Source: Gemmatimonadota bacterium (lineage in GTDB: Bacteria > Gemmatimonadota > Gemmatimonadetes > Gemmatimonadales > Gemmatimonadaceae). From it: a DNA stretch of 64,000 nt. Positions 59,448-64,000 of this stretch are shown piece after piece (the stretch's first letter is position 1; each line of letters opens with the position of its first letter). The DNA lies in contig JAZJZK010000014.1 of NCBI GenBank assembly GCA_040389905.1, positions 128,001-192,000 of the forward strand, read 5' to 3'. Under the pieces are notes generated by a model. It saw only the letters and a program-made list of their open reading frames with translations. It was not told the origin of the DNA and made no database searches. The translations under genes and the position numbers were made by a program.

Positions 59448-59828
59448 ATGGTAGATAACGCACTGAAGGGCCTCGGAATCCATATCCTCGTGGACATGGA
59501 CGGCTGCGATCCAGCGATCCTGGATGACGAGGCGGCGATCCAGTCATGCCTCATCGAAGCAGCACGGGCGGCTGGCGCATCGATCGTCAGCCACTGTTTC
59601 CACCATTTCAGTCCGCACGGCGTGACGGGTGTGGTCGTGATTGCAGAATCGCACCTTGCGATTCATACGTGGCCAGAGCACGGTTTCGCTGCGGTCGATC
59701 TTTTTTCCTGCGGCGATAAGCTCGACACGGTCGCGTGTGTGTCGTACCTGAAGGTCGCACTTCACAGCCAGCACTGCTCGACCACCGAGATCCGCCGAGG
59801 ACCCGGGACCGCTCAGGCGAATCACTGA
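59448..59828 (+). CDS. speD: S-adenosylmethionine decarboxylase proenzyme (short pyruvoyl type)
   Basis: LGIHILVD, FSPHGVTGVVVIAESHLAIHTWPE, DLFSCG. Confidence 0.9.
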   Translation: MVDNALKGLGIHILVDMDGCDPAILDDEAAIQSCLIEAARAAGASIVSHCFHHFSPHGVTGVVVIAESHLAIHTWPEHGFAAVDLFSCGDKLDTVACVSYLKVALHSQHCSTTEIRRGPGTAQANH

Positions 59829-59867
59829 CGGCGTCAACGCATCCTGCGTTCCAGACGCTCCCCTTGC

Positions 59868-59905
59868 TTATCTACAAGAAGCTGTCTATCGTCTCTTGTA
59901 GATAA
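59868..59905. promoter_or_regulatory. Inverted repeat, probable PadR operator
   Basis: TTATCTACAAGA-N14-TCTTGTAGATAA directly upstream of padR. Confidence 0.65.
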
Positions 59906-59918
59906 ACATGGGAAGACG

Positions 59919-60248
59919 ATGACGAAACCGACGGATCTCGTCCAGGGCACATTGGACCTGCTCATCATGCGGACCATCGCCCGCGAGCCATTGCACGGCT
60001 GGGCGATCGCGCAGCGCATTCAACTACTCTCGAAGGAAGTGCTCCAGGTCAACCAGGGCTCGCTCTACCCGGCCCTGCAGCGTCTCGAGCGACAGGGGTG
60101 GATCACCGCCGACTGGGGTACGTCGGAGAACAACAGGCGCGCGCGCTTTTACCGCCTCACCGCGCCTGGCACGCAGCGCTTGCAGGAAGAGCGGGCGGAC
60201 TGGGATCGTCTCTCCGCCGCGATCTCGCTCGTCATGCGAACCGCGTAG
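59919..60248 (+). CDS. PadR-family transcriptional regulator
   Basis: [39 protein letters not shown]. Confidence 0.95.
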   Translation: MTKPTDLVQGTLDLLIMRTIAREPLHGWAIAQRIQLLSKEVLQVNQGSLYPALQRLERQGWITADWGTSENNRRARFYRLTAPGTQRLQEERADWDRLSAAISLVMRTA

Positions 60249-60254
60249 CGAGCC

Positions 60255-62882
60255 GTGCGACTCCTCTACCGAATCATTCCCCAGCTGCGCGCCATTTTTC
60301 GCGGCAGGCGCGTCGACGCCGACGTGGCCGACGAAATCCAATTCCACATCGATCGCGAGACGGACGCCAACACCTCGCGGGGAATGCCGTTTGACGAGGC
60401 ACGCCGTGTGGCGCGTCTCACGGTCGGAAGTGTCGACGACGCGATGGAAACCGCGCGCGACCAACGGCCTGCGGCGGCGCTTCGGCAAATCATCCGCGAT
60501 CTGCGCTTCGGCATACGACTTCTCGCCAAGTCGCCAGCGTTCGCGGCGGCGGCGGTGACCGTGGTTGCGCTTGGCATTGGTGCCGTCACCGCGATCTTCA
60601 GCGCGGTCTATGGGGTCATGCTTCAGCCGTTGCCGTTCCGCGAGCCGGAGCGGCTGATCAGCATCTGGACCAAAGCACCGACGCTCACGCTCACACGCAT
60701 GTACCCCTCGTCGGCGGACGTGCGCGATTGGCGACAAGGCAGTCATCAGCTGCAAGACATCGCGCTCATTCGCACGACGGCCAACTTCAATCTCGTGGGC
60801 AATGGTGACGCCGAGCGGATCCAGGGCGCGCGTTTCTCACCGAACGTGCTCGCTGTCCTCGGTGTGACACCGGCACTCGGACGCGACTTTCGATCCGACG
60901 AAGACATGGACGGTCACGATCGCGTCGTCATCCTGAGCGACGGACTGTGGCATCGGCGCTTCGGCGGCGACAGCTCCATCCTCGGCCACAGCATTCAACT
61001 CAATGGAGCGCCGTACACGGTCATCGGCGTCATGCCGCCGAGCTTTCAGTATCCAACGCGTGACTTTCAGGCGTGGGTGCCGCTGGTTCTCGATCCCCGC
61101 GAGCGTGACCGGCAAGTCAACCAGAACTACCTCGCCGTCGGCCGCCTTCGCGCAAATGCGACCGTCGCGCAGGCGCAGCGCGAATTGGACGTGATCGCGA
61201 CGCGTCTCGCTATGGAGCACCCTGCGACGAACCGCGACCGCGGTGTGATCGCGGAACCGATGCTCGCGAGCGCTATCCGCGACGTCCAGCCAGCACTGGT
61301 TGCGCTGCTGGCAGCGTCTTCGTGCCTGTTGGTGATCGCGTGCTTGAATCTCTCGAACCTGCTCGCGGCGCGCGCCGCAGCTCGCTCCGGCGAACTCGCC
61401 CTTCGGCTCGCGCTCGGTGCGTCCCGGCAGCGGCTGGTCGCGCAGGCCATCGCGGAGGTGACTCCGGTGCTTGCGCTGGGCGGCATGATTGGCGTTGCCG
61501 CCGCGGTGTTTCTCGTTCGTGCATTCGTGGCCGCAGCACCGCCGAACATGCCACGACTCGAGAGTATCAGCGTCAGCACACCGGTGATCCTCGTCTCGCT
61601 CGCGGTCCTCGTCGTCACGGGATTGCTCGCCAGTGTCATCCCGGCGATGCATGCGTGGCGCGCGGACTTCACGACGATGAGCAAGGATGGTGGGCGCTCC
61701 TCAACGAGTGGCCGCCGCCGAGCGGACGCGCGACGGATTGGCGTGGCAGTGCAAATTGCGTTCGCGGTTCCGTTGCTCGTCGGCGCAAGTCTCCTTGTCC
61801 GCAGCGCGATCAAGCTCGCGGACGTGGATCTCGGATTCAGGCGCGATCGCGTGGCGACATTCCATCTTGCGATCCCGCGCAGCAAATACCCGTCCGACCC
61901 TGAAGTCGCCGCCTTCTACGACCGTCTGCTTCAGGCGATCGCCGGCCTCCCCGGGGTTGAAAAGGCGGGAATGGTAAACCGCCTGCCGCTCGCCGGAAAT
62001 CAGACGATGTCAATCAGCGTCGAGAAGGCGTCTGGCGAGCGCGTCGACATCTCCTCCATCGATTCGCGCCCGGCGACACCCGGCTACTTCGCGGCCATGG
62101 GGATTGCGCTGCGGAGCGGGCGTTCATTCGACGCACGCGACGACGAAACGGGCGTCCCGGTAGCGATCGTCGACGACCGTCTCTCGACGGCAACGTGGCC
62201 CGGTGCGGACGCCGTCGGCAAACGGGTGCAGCGCTTCGACGGGGTCTGGTGCACAGTGATCGGCGTGGTCGCGCACATTCGCGCGAACAGTGTGGACGTC
62301 GATCCCCGTCCGCAGGTGTACTGGAGCCATCATCAGGTCACCCAGGATCGAGTGGTGCTGGTTGTGCGAACGAGCGGCGACGCGCGCGCGCTCATCGACC
62401 CCGTCGGCCAGGCAATCAAGGCGATCGATCCGGAACAACCCGTGTACGACGTGCGCACAATGGACACCGTCGTACAGCGTTCGCTCGTGCAGCGCCGACT
62501 CACGATGATGTTGATCGTCGCATTCGGCGTGATCGCGTTGATTCTCGCGGCGGTAGGCATCTATGGCGTTGTGGCGTACGGTGTGACGCAGCGGTGGCGC
62601 GAGTTCGGCATTCGCGTCGCTCTCGGAGCAACGCGCAGCGAGGTCACGCGACTCGTCCTTCGGGAAGGCATTACAATGGCGTTGACGGGATCGGTCGCCG
62701 GACTCGTTGTTGCCGCGGCGTTACAGGAGCTGATGAGCAGTCTCGTGTTCGGCATTGGCGCGCTGGACGTCGCGAGTCTCGCCGCGGGGCCGCTCGCGCT
62801 ATTCGCTGTCGCGGCGCTCGCCAGCTGCATCCCCGCGTGGAGGGCGTCTGCCGTCGATCCTGCGGTGACGCTCCGTGAATAG
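60255..62882 (+). CDS. Duplicated MacB/FtsX-type orphan ABC permease (ADOP-like)
   Basis: ALGIGAVTAIFS, IACLNLSNLL, LRLALGA, GIYGVVAYGV, IRVALGA; no ATPase gene adjacent. Confidence 0.92.
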   Translation: MRLLYRIIPQLRAIFRGRRVDADVADEIQFHIDRETDANTSRGMPFDEARRVARLTVGSVDDAMETARDQRPAAALRQIIRDLRFGIRLLAKSPAFAAAAVTVVALGIGAVTAIFSAVYGVMLQPLPFREPERLISIWTKAPTLTLTRMYPSSADVRDWRQGSHQLQDIALIRTTANFNLVGNGDAERIQGARFSPNVLAVLGVTPALGRDFRSDEDMDGHDRVVILSDGLWHRRFGGDSSILGHSIQLNGAPYTVIGVMPPSFQYPTRDFQAWVPLVLDPRERDRQVNQNYLAVGRLRANATVAQAQRELDVIATRLAMEHPATNRDRGVIAEPMLASAIRDVQPALVALLAASSCLLVIACLNLSNLLAARAAARSGELALRLALGASRQRLVAQAIAEVTPVLALGGMIGVAAAVFLVRAFVAAAPPNMPRLESISVSTPVILVSLAVLVVTGLLASVIPAMHAWRADFTTMSKDGGRSSTSGRRRADARRIGVAVQIAFAVPLLVGASLLVRSAIKLADVDLGFRRDRVATFHLAIPRSKYPSDPEVAAFYDRLLQAIAGLPGVEKAGMVNRLPLAGNQTMSISVEKASGERVDISSIDSRPATPGYFAAMGIALRSGRSFDARDDETGVPVAIVDDRLSTATWPGADAVGKRVQRFDGVWCTVIGVVAHIRANSVDVDPRPQVYWSHHQVTQDRVVLVVRTSGDARALIDPVGQAIKAIDPEQPVYDVRTMDTVVQRSLVQRRLTMMLIVAFGVIALILAAVGIYGVVAYGVTQRWREFGIRVALGATRSEVTRLVLREGITMALTGSVAGLVVAAALQELMSSLVFGIGALDVASLAAGPLALFAVAALASCIPAWRASAVDPAVTLRE

Positions 62883-63046
62883 CTCAGCAAACGCCGCCAC
62901 GACAACCTTGACTCGGCCGCCGAGCCGAGCGTAGCGTGCGGGTGGAATTGGTTCGTGCTGCGTTGAATTGATGACGCTGGCAGATGGTCTCCATGCGATC
63001 CTTGGTGCATGGACACCAGTGCACACTTACCAGGGGATGGTGCGGC

Positions 63047-63607
63047 ATGCCTATGGCCACGCTCGCAAAGCGATGGACGCTCGACGAGCTCCACGCGCTT
63101 CCGGACGACGGGAACAAGTACGAGGTCATTCGCGGGGAGTTGTTCGTGACGCCCGCGCCGACGCCGACGCATGAGACGGTTGTGGCGCGACTGACTCGCA
63201 TTCTCGACGCCTATGTCGAACGCGAGGGGTTGGGCCTGGTCTACCATCCTCGCGCTGTGCTCCAGTTCGAGGATTCTGAAGTCGAGCCGGATCTCATGGT
63301 GCGTCAGGAACACAACGGTGACAGCAGCACATGGGCATCGGCCCCGATCCCGTCGTTGATCGTCGAGGTCTTTTCGCCGAGCACCAAGCGCCGCGACGCG
63401 AAGCAGAAGCGCGATCTCTACATGGAGGCCGGAGTCGGCGAGTACTGGATGGTCGATCCTGAGCGCCGCGTGGTCATCGTGATCAAACCCGGGAAGGAGA
63501 ACACGATCGTCAGCGACGAGCTGTCCTGGCACCCGGACGGCGCGACGACGCCATTGCGGTTTCAGGTCGCGCGCGTGTTCGGCAGCGCGCCGGCGCGCCC
63601 AGCGTAA
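63047..63607 (+). CDS. Uma2-family (PD-(D/E)xK) endonuclease-like protein
   Basis: KYEVIRGEL, VEPDL, VEVFSPST, GVGEYWMVDP. Confidence 0.9.
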   Translation: MPMATLAKRWTLDELHALPDDGNKYEVIRGELFVTPAPTPTHETVVARLTRILDAYVEREGLGLVYHPRAVLQFEDSEVEPDLMVRQEHNGDSSTWASAPIPSLIVEVFSPSTKRRDAKQKRDLYMEAGVGEYWMVDPERRVVIVIKPGKENTIVSDELSWHPDGATTPLRFQVARVFGSAPARPA

Positions 63608-63648
63608 GCCATTGCTCGTGCCCGACGGCGGGTGCATCCTTTGCGCCC

Positions 63649-64000
63649 ATGAAGATTGCCTGCCTTCGCCACATCGTAGCAACGCTCGCGTTGGCGAGCA
63701 CAGTGACCTCGGCGCCCGCCCCCGCCATGCAACGGGAGACCGCGCGCGACGTTGACCTCGCTGCGGCCGCCGCGTTGATCGCGCGCGTTGTTCCAGGCCA
63801 CTCGCGCGATTTTCGCCTGGAGATCATCGCCGACAGCAACGGCCTCGATGTGTTCGAGGTTGATCGCGCCGCCGGCCGCGTCGTTCTCCGCGGATCGTCC
63901 GGCGTGGCGATTGCGTCCGCGCTGAACTGGTATCTCGAGAATGTTGCACACGTCAATGTGTCCGTGCCGTTGCGGCCCGTGCGCCTCACCTCATTACCGC
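63649..64000 (+). CDS. Alpha-N-acetylglucosaminidase (GH89) N-terminus, partial
   Basis: Signal peptide, then ALIARVVPG...DVFEV...VVLRGSSGVAIASALNWYL. Runs off the window edge. Confidence 0.8.
   Translation, partial: MKIACLRHIVATLALASTVTSAPAPAMQRETARDVDLAAAAALIARVVPGHSRDFRLEIIADSNGLDVFEVDRAAGRVVLRGSSGVAIASALNWYLENVAHVNVSVPLRPVRLTSLP

Overview
High-GC chromosomal window. Gene content (PadR plus duplicated orphan permease, TolB/TPR-type Ser/Thr kinase, lineage-type small proteins) suggests Gemmatimonadota or a similar soil lineage; this is an inference. The backbone carries carbohydrate-active and envelope genes (sorbosone dehydrogenase family, pectinesterase, GH43, CE7, gluconolactonase, Gfo, GH89 start, mrdA, TonB receptor), plus prfC, speD, an acyl-CoA dehydrogenase and copCD. 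An accessory region of about 18 kb (20.5-38.4 kb) lies downstream of tRNA-Pro(GGG), and a 42-bp duplicate of the tRNA 3' half marks an att site. The region holds a Type I restriction-modification operon with two different HsdM subunits (NPPF and NPPY, the m6A/m4C heterodimeric signature). A HigB-like toxin and an HTH-ImmA/IrrE antitoxin sit inside that operon, with their own palindromic operator and reading-frame overlaps running on into hsdS and hsdR. This is the best candidate for an undescribed system. Other notable items are a single-chain double LysR regulator that shares mirror-image ECF-type promoters with a sigma/zinc anti-sigma pair, a secreted HExxH peptidase with four copies of an unrecognised 35-aa repeat, tandem pentapeptide-repeat paralogues behind a hairpin-rich leader, an IS66 left-end remnant truncating a gene, a ~195-nt nested RNA-like structure upstream of prfC, and several intergenic repeat families. 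All calls come from reading motifs by eye; no searches were run.
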